Positions 1 to 10,473 of a DNA stretch of 64,000 bases are shown here, piece by piece. The position numbers and the translations under genes are program-made. The notes beneath the pieces are model-generated. The model searched no databases, was not told where the DNA came from, and worked only from the letters and a program-made list of their open reading frames with translations. Numbering within the stretch: the stretch's first letter is position 1; each line of letters starts with the position of its first letter. The stretch is from Eubacteriales bacterium (GTDB lineage Bacteria > Bacillota > Clostridia > Lachnospirales > Lachnospiraceae), in the NCBI GenBank assembly GCA_030524135.1, contig JAUNHA010000006.1, positions 2,087 through 66,086 on the forward strand, written 5' to 3'.

Positions 1-1249
1 CTGTTTTGACTGTTTCACCCGCTGCACCAGCTGCTGTTGCCGCGACAGATGCTGCTCTCGCGCCTACCGTTCCCGCGATCTTAGCCGCCTGCGCAGCCGC
101 ACCGGCCTTCGCCAGATTCACATCCACGTTTACCGCGCGCGCTGCTTCGCCGGCCTGCCCGGTTTTGATCACTACCTTCCGCAGTTTTTCCTTGATTGCA
201 TCATCCAGAACCTGTGTCTTATCAAATGCCGCCTCAGTTTCCTGTGCGTCTCCATCCTGCTGCTCCTTTGCCGCAGCCTCTGCCTCCAGCTTTTCAACCT
301 CTTTTGACAGATCGTCGGTAAATCCTTCATTTACATAGGTATCATCATAGCTGACCGTCGTTTCCGCAGACTGTGCAGCTTCGGCCTGATGCTGTGAAAG
401 ATGCGGATCCGCCGGAAGCTCCTTTGGTGCAGACTCCGCTCCGTCCATGTTGTGCGCACGCAGATAGGCTTCAAATGCCTCATCCTCATTTGCATAGCGG
501 GTATTGGCAAGTACATCCGGATCTTCCGCCGCATAACCGGGAGCTGCCTCCGCACCTCTGCCATCCTGATATCTGCTGTTATAGAGTTCCTCCGAACGCG
601 CGGACTGTTCCTCCACGCGTCTTAAATTCCCCTCATATTTTTCACGGTTTTCCACAAGGTCCATCTGGTAATCAGAAAGACCCGTGAAATTCTGCTTCAG
701 GCGAAGTGCCTTTTCGCTGTATTTTCCAAGCCCGAACATCAGCGTGATCTTATCGCAGGTTCTGACACACTCCGCGCCCATTCCCGCTCTGGCATAGAGC
801 TCTGCCAGCTCATACAGCCATTTTTCATCAAGCTCCTGTGCCGTAAACTGCTCAAGCGAATGGATCAGCTGGGTAACCGGCGCATTTTTCGCTTTCAGAA
901 TCAGATACTCCAGAAGACAGGCTCTGCTGTCGTCCGGCGCAAGATCCGTAAATTCACGATAAAAATCCTCCGCCTCTTCAATATCGCCGGATTTCACGGA
1001 AAGCTCCGCAAGCTTATACAAAAGTCTCTTTCCGACAGGCGCGCGTTCAAACGCCAGCAGAAGAATATCCTTTGCCTCCTGATACTCCCCGTTCTTTTCA
1101 TATACGCCGGCGATCATGCTGAGCAGATTCGCATTGCGGACACGGCTCCAGTCGATGCCGTCGGCGATCTTCATCGCCGTAGCATAATCTCCCTCTCCGG
1201 TCATTTTTTTGATCTGCTCGACCTTGATATTGAACTCGTACTTATCCAT
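1..1249 (-). CDS. TPR-like repeat protein, partial (C-terminal end lies beyond the left edge of the window)
   Basis: Hand translation of the minus strand from ATG 1249..1247 (RBS AGAGGAA upstream) stays open to position 1: MDKYEFNIKVEQIKKMTGEGDYATAMKIADGIDWSRV... It is absent from the ORF track because no stop lies in the window. The + strand ORFs listed here are antisense shadows. Confidence 0.6.
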   Translation of the reverse strand, partial: MDKYEFNIKVEQIKKMTGEGDYATAMKIADGIDWSRVRNANLLSMIAGVYEKNGEYQEAKDILLLAFERAPVGKRLLYKLAELSVKSGDIEEAEDFYREFTDLAPDDSRACLLEYLILKAKNAPVTQLIHSLEQFTAQELDEKWLYELAELYARAGMGAECVRTCDKITLMFGLGKYSEKALRLKQNFTGLSDYQMDLVENREKYEGNLRRVEEQSARSEELYNSRYQDGRGAEAAPGYAAEDPDVLANTRYANEDEAFEAYLRAHNMDGAESAPKELPADPHLSQHQAEAAQSAETTVSYDDTYVNEGFTDDLSKEVEKLEAEAAAKEQQDGDAQETEAAFDKTQVLDDAIKEKLRKVVIKTGQAGEAARAVNVDVNLAKAGAAAQAAKIAGTVGARAASVAATAAGAAGETVKT

Positions 1250-1263
1250 AATATCATTCCTCT

Positions 1264-1860
1264 TTAAAGCTCAACTCTGCCCATCAGAGCACGCTCCAAC
1301 GTCACTTCGTCTATGTTTTCAATGTCGCCGCCCACCGGAACGCCCGACGCGATGCGCGTCACCCGGATGCCGATCGGTTTCACGAGCTTGGAGATATACA
1401 TCGCCGTCGTCTCGCCCTCCAGGGAAGAGTTCGTCGCGATAATGACTTCTTCGACATCTCCCTGCAGCCGCTGCATCAACTCTTTCAGCCTGATATCTGC
1501 AGGACCGATCCCAAGCATCGGGGAAATGGCACCGTGAAGCACATGATAGACGCCCTCGTAGCGACCCGTCTTTTCGTACGCAGCAAGATCTCTTGAATTT
1601 TCCACGACCATGATCTGCCTGTGATTCCGGGTTTTACTTCTGCAGATCGGGCAGAGCTCGTCATCCGTGAGCGTAAAACACTCTTTGCAGTAATGTACAT
1701 TCTCCCTTGCGGAAAGCAGCGCTTCGGCAAGTCCCCTCACCTGCTCCTTCGGCATATTTATAATATGAAATGCAAGCCTCTGGGCACTTTTTGCCCCCAC
1801 GCCCGGAAGTCCCTGCAGCGCTTCTATCAGCTTGCTGATATGGCTGCCGTAGTAATCCAT
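1264..1860 (-). CDS. recR: recombination protein RecR
   Basis: 198 aa. HhH motif LPGVGAKSAQRLAF, C4 zinc finger CKECFTLTDDELCPIC and a Toprim-like C-terminus. Conserved dnaX-ybaB-recR order. Confidence 0.95.
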   Translation of the reverse strand: MDYYGSHISKLIEALQGLPGVGAKSAQRLAFHIINMPKEQVRGLAEALLSARENVHYCKECFTLTDDELCPICRSKTRNHRQIMVVENSRDLAAYEKTGRYEGVYHVLHGAISPMLGIGPADIRLKELMQRLQGDVEEVIIATNSSLEGETTAMYISKLVKPIGIRVTRIASGVPVGGDIENIDEVTLERALMGRVEL

Positions 1861-2204
1861 TAGAAGCCAAGGCCTCCCAGTCCGCCTGTCAGCTTGCCCA
1901 TCACGGAGGAATTTGCTTCCTCAACCTGATGCAGCGCATCATTTACCGCTGTAAGGACCATATCTTCAAGCGTCTCTACATCATCCGGATCACAGGCGTC
2001 CGGATCGATCTTCACCGCCGTCACTTCCTTCTTTCCGCTCATGGAAACGCTGACTGCTCCGCCGCCTGCAGTGGCCGTAAACGTCTTTTCCTCAAGCTCC
2101 TTCTGCTGCTCTTCCATCTGGCGCTGCATACGCTGTGCCTGCTTCATCAGATTATTCATATTGCCCGGCATCATGCCGCCGGGAAATCCGCCTCTCTTTG
2201 CCAT
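1860..2204 (-). CDS. ybaB: YbaB/EbfC family nucleoid-associated protein
   Basis: 114 aa with the typical N-terminus ([18 protein letters not shown]). Located between dnaX and recR. Confidence 0.9.
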   Translation of the reverse strand: MAKRGGFPGGMMPGNMNNLMKQAQRMQRQMEEQQKELEEKTFTATAGGGAVSVSMSGKKEVTAVKIDPDACDPDDVETLEDMVLTAVNDALHQVEEANSSVMGKLTGGLGGLGF

Positions 2205-2295
2205 GTGTCACCAATCCTTTTTAAGCTTTAAACATCATTCTATTTATTATAACATTTGCTGTCAACTACCCGCTTCTTTTCCGCAAAACAGGCGT

Positions 2296-3993
2296 TTACT
2301 CAAAGTCCACCGGGAAATGAATCTTCAAAAGATCTTCCTCCGTCACCCGGGGAATACCGGTATCAAGCTCGCCCGGCTTTGCCTGCCTTGCAAGAAATGA
2401 AACCGCTATGCCAAGGCGTTCCCTTACGAGCTCTGCAAGCCGCTTAAGGCCGTTTTCCTCGCGGTTCATTGCGGCAATCTTATAGTTCATCGCATTTTTA
2501 AAGACAACCGTCACCGCACCGGGCTGTTCCTGTTTTAAGATCGTTCCCGAGAATACAGCTTTGTTGGCCGGAGAGAGCTCTCTGCACAAAGAGTCCCAGT
2601 TATCCTGCACGAGCCGGTATACATCTGTGCCGTCCGCGCCCATTTGCGAAGCCGGCTGCACGGCATCCTCATGTACGGCATCCGGCCTTTCAGCATCTGT
2701 CTGCGCGGGATCCGCCTGTATGCTGTCCTCCTGCCGCTCCACCGGATTCTGCGGCGCCGCCGGAGGCGCTGGAGGCGTTATTCCGCTGCCGTTCCGAACC
2801 TGCTGCCGGGGTTTTTCCTGTGCTGCGGCAGGTCTTGAAACCATCTGTACCGTCGTACTGCCCGCTCCGGCTATGCTGCCGGACAAAGCTCCCGCAGCAT
2901 AGCCTGCCGTACACAGCCGGATCAGCTCCACTTCCAGAAGCACGCGTTTCTGCGCCGCAAAGCGCATACGGTTTGAGAGCTCGGACATGACGGACATCAT
3001 GCGCAGAAGCGTCGTTTTGTCCGCTGCAGCCGCATCCTCGCGAAGCCTCTCTTCATTTTCCCTGGAAATATCCAGAATATCACCGCCGCTTACGCTTCCC
3101 GCAAGCAGGATGTTCCTCATATACCAGATAAAATCATTGACGAACTGTCCGATCTCCCTGCCGGAATTGATCAGATCATTTGTGATGGAAAGCGTTTTTT
3201 CCACATCCCTGCCGCAGATCGCACGGTACAGATCGGAAAATACGCCTGTATCCACCGCGCCCAGCACATCCAGCACATTTTCATAGGTAAGGCGCTGCCC
3301 GAAATGAAATGCGAGACACTGATCCAGAAGGCTCAGGGCATCTCTCATAGAGCCGTCCGCTGCCCGCGCTACATAGCGCACGGCGCGTTCCTCGATATCG
3401 AGACCATCCGCTTCCATCAGTTCATGAATGCGCCCTGCAATCGTTTCCGTGCTGATTCTGCGGAAATCATATCTCTGACATCTGCTGAGGATCGTCTGCG
3501 GAATCTTCTGCGGATCCGTCGTCGCCAATATAAAAATCACATAAGAAGGAGGCTCTTCAAGCGTTTTCAGGAGCGCATTAAACGCACCTGTCGACAGCAT
3601 GTGAACCTCATCGATAATATATACCTTATACCTTCCGTCGGTCGGCGGATATTCCACCTGCTCCCTGATATCCCGGATATTGTCGACGCCGTTGTTGGAT
3701 GCGGCGTCGATCTCGAATACATTCAGCGAGCCTCCGCTTAAAATGGAGCTGCAGACCGCGCAGGTATTACACGGACTGCCGTCATGCTCCGCCGCATGCG
3801 CACAGTTTACGGCACGCGCAAAAATCTTCGCAATGGAAGTTTTTCCCGTGCCTCTCGTTCCGCAAAAAAGATAGGCATGTCCGATCCGTCCGGATTTTAT
3901 CTGATTTTTTAATGTTGTCACGATGGCATCCTGACCTCTTACGTCATCAAACGTAAGAGGACGCCATCTGCGGTACAGCGCCTGATATGACAT
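2296..3993 (-). CDS. dnaX: DNA polymerase III subunit gamma/tau
   Basis: 565 aa. Walker A GTRGTGKTS, DEVHML box and clamp-loader SRC motif (LSRCQRYDF). Low-complexity linker followed by a C-terminal domain. Confidence 0.95.
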   Translation of the reverse strand: MSYQALYRRWRPLTFDDVRGQDAIVTTLKNQIKSGRIGHAYLFCGTRGTGKTSIAKIFARAVNCAHAAEHDGSPCNTCAVCSSILSGGSLNVFEIDAASNNGVDNIRDIREQVEYPPTDGRYKVYIIDEVHMLSTGAFNALLKTLEEPPSYVIFILATTDPQKIPQTILSRCQRYDFRRISTETIAGRIHELMEADGLDIEERAVRYVARAADGSMRDALSLLDQCLAFHFGQRLTYENVLDVLGAVDTGVFSDLYRAICGRDVEKTLSITNDLINSGREIGQFVNDFIWYMRNILLAGSVSGGDILDISRENEERLREDAAAADKTTLLRMMSVMSELSNRMRFAAQKRVLLEVELIRLCTAGYAAGALSGSIAGAGSTTVQMVSRPAAAQEKPRQQVRNGSGITPPAPPAAPQNPVERQEDSIQADPAQTDAERPDAVHEDAVQPASQMGADGTDVYRLVQDNWDSLCRELSPANKAVFSGTILKQEQPGAVTVVFKNAMNYKIAAMNREENGLKRLAELVRERLGIAVSFLARQAKPGELDTGIPRVTEEDLLKIHFPVDFE

Positions 3994-4020
3994 CCTCTAC
4001 ACTTCCATTAACAAAATATT

Positions 4021-5100
4021 TTAATCGCCGAAGCAGATTCCCACGAGCTTTGCTTCCCTGATGATATCTGCTTTCGGGTCCACATATTTAAGTTTGCCCG
4101 CAATCTCCTCGAGCGGGGTCTTGCTGATTTCCTGATTCTTGACTGAAACGAGCACACCGAACACGCCTTTTTCGATCAGACGTGCCGCTTCTGCCCCGAG
4201 CCTCGTGGAAAGCACTCTGTCATAAGGACAGGGCTCTCCGCCGCGCTGCGTGTGTCCAGGAACGGTCACGCGCACCTCTGAACCAAGCTTCTCGCTGATC
4301 TCTGCTGCGATCTCATATGCAACAGACGGATAGACAAGACCTTTTTCTTTCTTTTTCTTAAGCTCTTTTTTCCCGAGCGCGGCATTCTCCTTCGAGATCG
4401 CACCCTCTGCAACAGCAAGAATGGAAAATCGCTTGCCTGCCTTGTTGCGGGCTTCGATCGCCTTTGTCACCTTATCGATGTCGTACGGGATCTCAGGAAT
4501 CAGGATGATGTCCGCGCCGCCCGCAATGCCCGCATAGAGTGTAAGCCATCCCACCTTGTGCCCCATCACCTCAACGATAAACACGCGCCCGTGAGAAGCC
4601 GCCGTCGTATGAATATCATCGATTGCCTTTGATGCGATATCGACCGCCGACTGGAAGCCAAAGGTCATGTCAGTGCCCCAGGTATCATTGTCGATCGTCT
4701 TCGGGAGCCCGATCACGTTAAGACCCTCCTGCGAAAGACGGTTTGCCGTCTTCAGGGAACCGTTTCCTCCGAGCACGCAGAGCGCATCGAGCTTCAGCTT
4801 CCTGTAGGTATGCACCATGGATGCCACCTTATCAAGCCCGTTTTCATCCGGCTCGTCCAGATATTTAAAGGGTGTTCTGCTTGTGCCAAGCATCGTTCCG
4901 CCGACCGTCAGAATTCCCGAAAAATCTGACGGCTGCATAATGCGGTAATCCGCATAGATCATTCCCCGGTAGCCGTCCTCGAAGCCGATGATCTCAACCT
5001 CGTCTCCATAGATCGTGTACAGGCCCTTTGCAATACCTCTCATTGTCGCATTGAGCGCCTGGCAGTCGCCGCCGCTTGTCAGCATTCCGATTCGCTTCAT
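4021..5100 (-). CDS. pfkA: ATP-dependent 6-phosphofructokinase
   Basis: ORF 4021..5175 trimmed to ATG 5100..5098, which is preceded by AGGAGGAG. Motifs MKRIGMLTSGGDCQALNA, GGNGS and PKTIDND. Confidence 0.9.
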   Translation of the reverse strand: MKRIGMLTSGGDCQALNATMRGIAKGLYTIYGDEVEIIGFEDGYRGMIYADYRIMQPSDFSGILTVGGTMLGTSRTPFKYLDEPDENGLDKVASMVHTYRKLKLDALCVLGGNGSLKTANRLSQEGLNVIGLPKTIDNDTWGTDMTFGFQSAVDIASKAIDDIHTTAASHGRVFIVEVMGHKVGWLTLYAGIAGGADIILIPEIPYDIDKVTKAIEARNKAGKRFSILAVAEGAISKENAALGKKELKKKKEKGLVYPSVAYEIAAEISEKLGSEVRVTVPGHTQRGGEPCPYDRVLSTRLGAEAARLIEKGVFGVLVSVKNQEISKTPLEEIAGKLKYVDPKADIIREAKLVGICFGD

Positions 5101-5175
5101 CCTGCTCCTCCTTTTCACTTTCGGGGAAATCGCCCGTTTGGGAAAATTATAACATCTTCCCTCTGATTTTTCCAC

Positions 5176-5204
5176 TTGATTTATCTATTTGGGCATGCTA
5201 TACT
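5176..5204 (+). promoter_or_regulatory. Putative sigma-A promoter of the cold-shock gene
   Basis: TTGATT (5176-5181), 17-bp spacer, TATACT (5199-5204). This predicts a leader of about 150 nt. Confidence 0.4.
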
Positions 5205-5238
5205 TGGAACATAATATTTTAGATGTTGATTTCGGATT

Positions 5239-5297
5239 CACATATTTTTGTAAGTCTTAGATTTTTCTCTAGAACTTACAAAAATATGTGATTTTTT
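5239..5297 (+). promoter_or_regulatory. Terminator-like hairpin inside the csp leader
   Basis: Perfect 17-bp inverted repeat: CACATATTTTTGTAAGT (5239-5255) and ACTTACAAAAATATGTG (5274-5290), followed by ATTTTTT. Confidence 0.45.
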
Positions 5298-5358
5298 GGT
5301 TTAACGGACAAAATATATAAAAATACGCCGATACGGCAAAATTCAAGGAGGTACATTC

Positions 5359-5562
5359 ATGATGAATGGTACAGTAAAATGGTTTAATGAGCAGAAGGGC
5401 TTCGGCTTTATCACAAACACAACGGACGGCAAGGATGTATTCGTACATTTCTCCGGCATCGCGCAGGACGGCTTTAAGTCCCTGCTCGAAGGACAGAACG
5501 TCAGCTATGATCTTGCGCAGAGCGCGAAGGGCATGCAGGCAGTCAATGTTGTTGTGGCATAA
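5359..5562 (+). CDS. csp: cold-shock protein (CspA family)
   Basis: 67 aa. RNP-1 motif KGFGFI and RNP-2 motif VFVHF. RBS AAGGAGG lies upstream. Confidence 0.95.
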   Translation: MMNGTVKWFNEQKGFGFITNTTDGKDVFVHFSGIAQDGFKSLLEGQNVSYDLAQSAKGMQAVNVVVA

Positions 5563-5686
5563 ATTTTAAACAGCTCTGAATCACTGCAGCCGCCGCTTTG
5601 AAAGCGACGGCTGTTTTGATTCTCTGAATATTACAGAGATGATTCTGATGTCTTATGACTGGATTGTTGTGCTTAAATTGTTATGC

Positions 5687-6043
5687 TTAAGCGAGCAGCT
5701 CAGCCTTCTTTGCAAGAATCGCCTCGCAGGCTGCGCACGCCGGGCAGTCACAGTACTTTGCGCCTTCCGCCTTGATCTTTCTGCCGTGCCCGGCAACTTC
5801 CGGTGCCTTATCCCCAAACACCTTTGCGCCGGTCTCAGACTCCGCAAATGCGATCAGTCCGTCGATCGGAATGATATCCTCTTCAAGCTCTGCGACAAAC
5901 TTTTTCGTCTCCGCTGCCTCCTGATCCGTTCCGACTGCCGCAAGCCATGCGCTTGCCGCATCCTTAACTTCCGCGCAGCTGGTCGGCGCGTCGATCAGCT
6001 TCTTCGCCTCTGCTTTCGCAAATTCCAATACTTCGTTGTTCAT
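5687..6043 (-). CDS. conserved hypothetical protein with a C-terminal Cys cluster
   Basis: 118 aa, acidic and helical, with the motif YCDCPACAAC. RBS AGGAGGG lies upstream. I cannot name the family. Confidence 0.5.
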   Translation of the reverse strand: MNNEVLEFAKAEAKKLIDAPTSCAEVKDAASAWLAAVGTDQEAAETKKFVAELEEDIIPIDGLIAFAESETGAKVFGDKAPEVAGHGRKIKAEGAKYCDCPACAACEAILAKKAELLA

Positions 6044-6253
6044 GGAAACCCTCCTTCTCTTTGTCCGCTTCTCCCGGTTGTTATTCCGCTTAGGGCGGTG
6101 TGATTATACTGTTTTAGTATACCACACTTTTCACGGTCCGCACAGCACCGGGAACATTTTTTCATTCCCGCAAAAACAGCGGTCCTCCGGCAAATTTCCG
6201 GCAGACCGCTGTTTGATCTTCTGACCTGGAAAGCAATATCCGCTTTCCGTGCT

Positions 6254-8050
6254 TTATTCACATGCTTTCCCATTATAGAAAAGCTGCTTTGTTTCGGGAT
6301 CCTTGGCAAAATGACTTAAAAACTCCGTCCAGACAAACTCGCACTCTGACGGCCAGGTCGCATGCGCCTTCGTATCCGTTTCCGTCAGATACAGAAGCGG
6401 CACGCCGGCTTTTGTTTCAAAAATATAGTGCGCAAGCTTTCCTTCCTTACGGCTGCAGTTCTTTCCGCCATCCGTATAGCTGTAGTCCTCCCATTTTTTC
6501 GTCAAAGCATAATGATCGCACCACAGATTGATCAGCTCTTCCGCCTGGGAGAAGCCGCCCTTAAATGCCGCGTCGCAGGTTCCCAGATTGGCAATGATCG
6601 GCACCGGCGATCCTTTTACCGGAGGCTTTTCTGCCTCTCCGCGCTCCTTTGCCTCTATATCGATATCTCTTGCTGAGAACGGAGCAGACGCCGCAAACAG
6701 ATCCGGACGATATGCTGCACATGCCCAGCTCATCATGCCTCCCGAGGACTGGCCGCTCGCATAGATACGGCTTGGATCTACCGGATAATTTTCGATCAGC
6801 CACTGATGCAGATAATCGATAAAACGCATATCTTCGGGACGCTCCGGCTGCGGATAGCCGGTATTCCACATCGGACGGAAAATGTTGTTCGTACTGATAT
6901 CGCTGATATTACGGACCTCATTCGGCTCCGAAGCAGTCGGCATGATAATGATCAGACCGTATTTATCCGCAACATAGCTCCATCCAATTCTGTCCGCAAT
7001 TTCATCGCCGCTTCCGCCTGCCCCGTGGAATACAAATACCGCCGGAACATTATTCTCGGAAACTGTTTTCTGCGGCTGATAAACATACCACTCTCTGCGG
7101 TAGGTATCCCGCTTGTCCGCATAATATCCGCCCCAGACATCTGCCGAATACCGCTCAAAACCGCGTTCGAAAATATTGCCTGCCTTACGCAGAGCGCCGT
7201 TATTATTTCCCGGATAGCGGTAAATCCCGTCAAACAGCTCGGTAAGAATCTGTTCTCCATAATTTTTGTTCAGACATTTCTCGTAAGGAATCGTATCCGT
7301 CACGACTTTTGCGCACCAGTATTCATCCGCATCACCGCCCTCCGCAGGAAGCCAAACTGTTTTTGTGCCCTTGCATATGGTCTCACTGCTGCTGTGATCT
7401 GCAGTTTTATAGTATTCGATCTCACGATCCACAGCTTCCGTGTGCTCCGCAAAGCTGAGCCATACAGGACACTGGACCTCTGCCAGAGAGACGCCCGGCA
7501 CCTTTGTTTCCGTTTCCTTAAGAACCGTTGCCTCTTCCGCGCTCATACCATTTGTCCCGATCAGCGCTGCAGCCGCATAAGCTCTCGGATTGCGCCGGCT
7601 CTGCACACCGATCACATCCGCCGCGTCACCGTAGGCTGCCGCGTAGAAATTCGGCTGGAATGAGCAGAACATCGGGCGAAGAGAAATGTCATTGTTCAGC
7701 GCATTCAGATATGCGAGATCCGCCGCATCGCCCTTCCATCCGGTCTCGTCTGCTGCTTCCATCAGCACAAGATAAAGACCATACTGATCCGAAAGCGCTT
7801 TCCATCCGCTGTTAACCATGAACTCCCAGGTGTTATTCCCGCCCGGCACGCCGATGAAAATCGTCGGCTGGTTATACACGGAGCCCTCCGGAATATAGAA
7901 TTTCGTCGATCTCGTTACACCCTTCTCCACAACGCAGTCAAACTGATAATAACCGTGGAGAAACTGTCTGTAATAATGTCTGCGGTCGATAGACGCCTCC
8001 GATGCATCCGGAAGCTTCTTTGCCACAGGTTCCTGTAAATATGATTTCAT
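6254..8050 (-). CDS. esterase, PHB-depolymerase/feruloyl-esterase-like alpha/beta hydrolase with a long N-terminal domain
   Basis: ORF 6254..8065 trimmed to ATG 8050 (RBS GGAGGAAAA). FVFHGAGGSG motif and nucleophile elbow GQSSGG in the C-terminal half. Confidence 0.65.
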   Translation of the reverse strand: MKSYLQEPVAKKLPDASEASIDRRHYYRQFLHGYYQFDCVVEKGVTRSTKFYIPEGSVYNQPTIFIGVPGGNNTWEFMVNSGWKALSDQYGLYLVLMEAADETGWKGDAADLAYLNALNNDISLRPMFCSFQPNFYAAAYGDAADVIGVQSRRNPRAYAAAALIGTNGMSAEEATVLKETETKVPGVSLAEVQCPVWLSFAEHTEAVDREIEYYKTADHSSSETICKGTKTVWLPAEGGDADEYWCAKVVTDTIPYEKCLNKNYGEQILTELFDGIYRYPGNNNGALRKAGNIFERGFERYSADVWGGYYADKRDTYRREWYVYQPQKTVSENNVPAVFVFHGAGGSGDEIADRIGWSYVADKYGLIIIMPTASEPNEVRNISDISTNNIFRPMWNTGYPQPERPEDMRFIDYLHQWLIENYPVDPSRIYASGQSSGGMMSWACAAYRPDLFAASAPFSARDIDIEAKERGEAEKPPVKGSPVPIIANLGTCDAAFKGGFSQAEELINLWCDHYALTKKWEDYSYTDGGKNCSRKEGKLAHYIFETKAGVPLLYLTETDTKAHATWPSECEFVWTEFLSHFAKDPETKQLFYNGKACE

Positions 8051-8068
8051 GTTATTTTCCTCCAAACA

Positions 8069-9349
8069 TCAATTCGGATATACCGGGAAGAAGATACTTG
8101 CCGATATAGTTAAGGTAACGACAGCAATCAGCAGATAAGGAATGGTATACTTCAAAAGCTTTCCCGGAGAATGCTGACCGATCGCAAATGCCAGCGCGCA
8201 CTCTGCAGATCCGCTCGGGAATGCGATCGCCATGATCGCTGCAATATTGATGACAAGTACGATACCGCGCGGATCCATACCTGCTACCATTGAAAGCGAT
8301 GCCGCGATCGGAGTAAGAACCGCCGCCGTTCCCGTATTTGACATGAATGTAGTCATCACGATCGTTACAACGGTGAATACGACGAGCACGACTGTTCCGG
8401 ACGGATGAGAACCCAGGATCTGGAGCAGGCTGTTTCCGATCAGATCACCTACGCCGGATTTACCGATTGCATCGGACATAACGAGAACACCGGCGATCAT
8501 CCACACCATATCTCCGGTAAGCGAATTAACCGCTTCCTTCGTGGTCAGCGCCTTTGTATAGATCAGCACCAGTACGGCTGCTGCCGGAATGACATACATA
8601 AGATTGCCAATTTTTGATCCGAAAATAAAACCGAGTAAAACAACTACAAACACAATATTGATAATCGTTTCATCTCTTTTCGAAATCGCCTCAGCCTTCT
8701 TCACTTCCTTGACATTGGACGTATTCAGGCTGTTCTTCGGAATCAGCTTCCATGCAAACAATGCATAGATCGTAAGAGCAATCGCCGGAAGCGCCGAAAC
8801 CTTGAAAAAGTCCGTCGGCATCAGCATCAGATCCGGATTATTAATGATACCTTCGTAATATGCGTTTGCCGTTGCGGAAGCCGTTGCTCCAAGACCTACC
8901 GGGAGCTTCAGGCTCCATGCCGCAAGCACTGAAAACGCAACAAATACCATTCTTGATCCGCAGATCTCATCATCGTCATCCAGTGAAACCAGGAATAGCG
9001 CAATGATCGACACGATCGCCGTTCTTCCCATCAGCTGTGCAAGCACGATCGTAACGAGAAATAAGAATATGATAAATGCCAGTCCGCTCTTTTCCTTGAT
9101 CTTGTCCATTGCCGCGCGGATGCGGTTGATCAGACTGGTCTTTCCGAACGCATAGGCGATCGTGAACATCGACGCGATCAGAATTGTCGTACGATTGGCA
9201 AGTCCGGAAAATGCTGTCGAAATGTCAAACACTCCGGTCAGTGCAAGCACGACGCAGCAGGTCATTGTGGTTACTCCATAGGGAACCTTTCCGGTAAAAA
9301 ACATAACGATCATAAATACCAGCAGTCCCAATACGATATACATATGCAT
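8069..9349 (-). CDS. ion-transporter superfamily permease (SLC13/ArsB/NhaD-like)
   Basis: Polytopic membrane protein of about 426 aa. Start moved to ATG 9349, which follows AAAGGAGAG. Family assigned from overall pattern only. Confidence 0.6.
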   Translation of the reverse strand: MHMYIVLGLLVFMIVMFFTGKVPYGVTTMTCCVVLALTGVFDISTAFSGLANRTTILIASMFTIAYAFGKTSLINRIRAAMDKIKEKSGLAFIIFLFLVTIVLAQLMGRTAIVSIIALFLVSLDDDDEICGSRMVFVAFSVLAAWSLKLPVGLGATASATANAYYEGIINNPDLMLMPTDFFKVSALPAIALTIYALFAWKLIPKNSLNTSNVKEVKKAEAISKRDETIINIVFVVVLLGFIFGSKIGNLMYVIPAAAVLVLIYTKALTTKEAVNSLTGDMVWMIAGVLVMSDAIGKSGVGDLIGNSLLQILGSHPSGTVVLVVFTVVTIVMTTFMSNTGTAAVLTPIAASLSMVAGMDPRGIVLVINIAAIMAIAFPSGSAECALAFAIGQHSPGKLLKYTIPYLLIAVVTLTISASIFFPVYPN

Positions 9350-9480
9350 AGTCATCTCTCCTTTAAGCAAAGATTATTATATTTCATAGTATAAAGGAGT
9401 GACATTTCCTTGACAAACACATGGTTTTCATGTTAGTTTTAAGCAAAAGTTATAGTAATAACATGTACAAAGGATAGGGT

Positions 9481-10473
9481 ATGTATTTAAAAGATCAGCA
9501 ATATATGGTAGCCCTCGCCGATTCCGGTTCCATCACAAATGCCGCCCGGATGCTCTCCATTTCACAGCCTGCACTTTCCAAATGGATTTCGCGTCTGGAG
9601 GCTTCACTTGGCGTTGCGCTTGTCATCCGCTCCGGAAGGCGCCTGATCTTTACGGAAGCCGGTCAGATCTATCTGGACGGGTGCAGGGAAGCCTTATCTG
9701 TTGCATCCGCAATGCGGGAAAAAATCCGCGCCGCATCAGGTCACTCCGGGAAACAGCTTATCATTCTTGGCGGAAGCCCTATCCGCGGTGCGCAGGCATT
9801 TGCCAAATTGTATCCGGAATTCCACAAGCAGTATCCGCTTACCGAGCTTCGGTTTACAGCCGGTACCAATACGGAACTGAAAAAGCTTTTATCACAGGGG
9901 CAGATCACCATGTCCCTGCTCGGTGCCATGGAACCAACGCTTCCCGATCTGGAATTTTTGAAATTTATGGACGAGGAGCTTCTGATGCTGATTCCCAAAG
10001 AACACCCGCTTGCTTATGACTACAGTTCGCTCCCGCCGAATTCTCCTTATCCGGTCATTGAGCTTGCAGATCTCTCAGACACGCCCATTCTCAGTACGGA
10101 AGCCACGACTTCCTATTCCGGAATCACCGATGAACTGTACCGGAGTGCCGGTCTGGAAAGAAATATTATTTTCCGGTCCAGCATCCTTCCGCTGCTCTAT
10201 GAGATGGTGCTCAGCAATGTCGGGGCCGCCCTGATCCCGGATTCATATTTTAATCCGGAGGACGGACTGTCGGCCTATTCGCTCAGTCCCAGGCTCATCG
10301 CCTATCAGGGGATCGGACTGCGCCCCGGTTATCCGCTTTCCGAAGAAGAGGAATATCTGCTGCATCTTGTCATGAACAGCTGGGGTTCTCCCTATTATCT
10401 GCATCAGTATGCCGATTACTATCTCGAACAGCGCAAACAGAGGATCGCTTTATATGAACGTAACGAATTTTGA
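9481..10473 (+). CDS. LysR family transcriptional regulator
   Basis: N-terminal HTH (SITNAARMLSISQPALSKWISRLE) plus a substrate-binding domain. Confidence 0.85.
   Translation: MYLKDQQYMVALADSGSITNAARMLSISQPALSKWISRLEASLGVALVIRSGRRLIFTEAGQIYLDGCREALSVASAMREKIRAASGHSGKQLIILGGSPIRGAQAFAKLYPEFHKQYPLTELRFTAGTNTELKKLLSQGQITMSLLGAMEPTLPDLEFLKFMDEELLMLIPKEHPLAYDYSSLPPNSPYPVIELADLSDTPILSTEATTSYSGITDELYRSAGLERNIIFRSSILPLLYEMVLSNVGAALIPDSYFNPEDGLSAYSLSPRLIAYQGIGLRPGYPLSEEEEYLLHLVMNSWGSPYYLHQYADYYLEQRKQRIALYERNEF

Noticed and set aside
6-1442. The + strand ORFs at 6..338, 373..687, 860..1267 and 1209..1442, which have Ala/Pro/Arg-rich or low-complexity products.
   Set aside because: They are antisense to a long open minus-strand frame (the TPR-like protein) and to recR. 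They have no RBS and an implausible composition.
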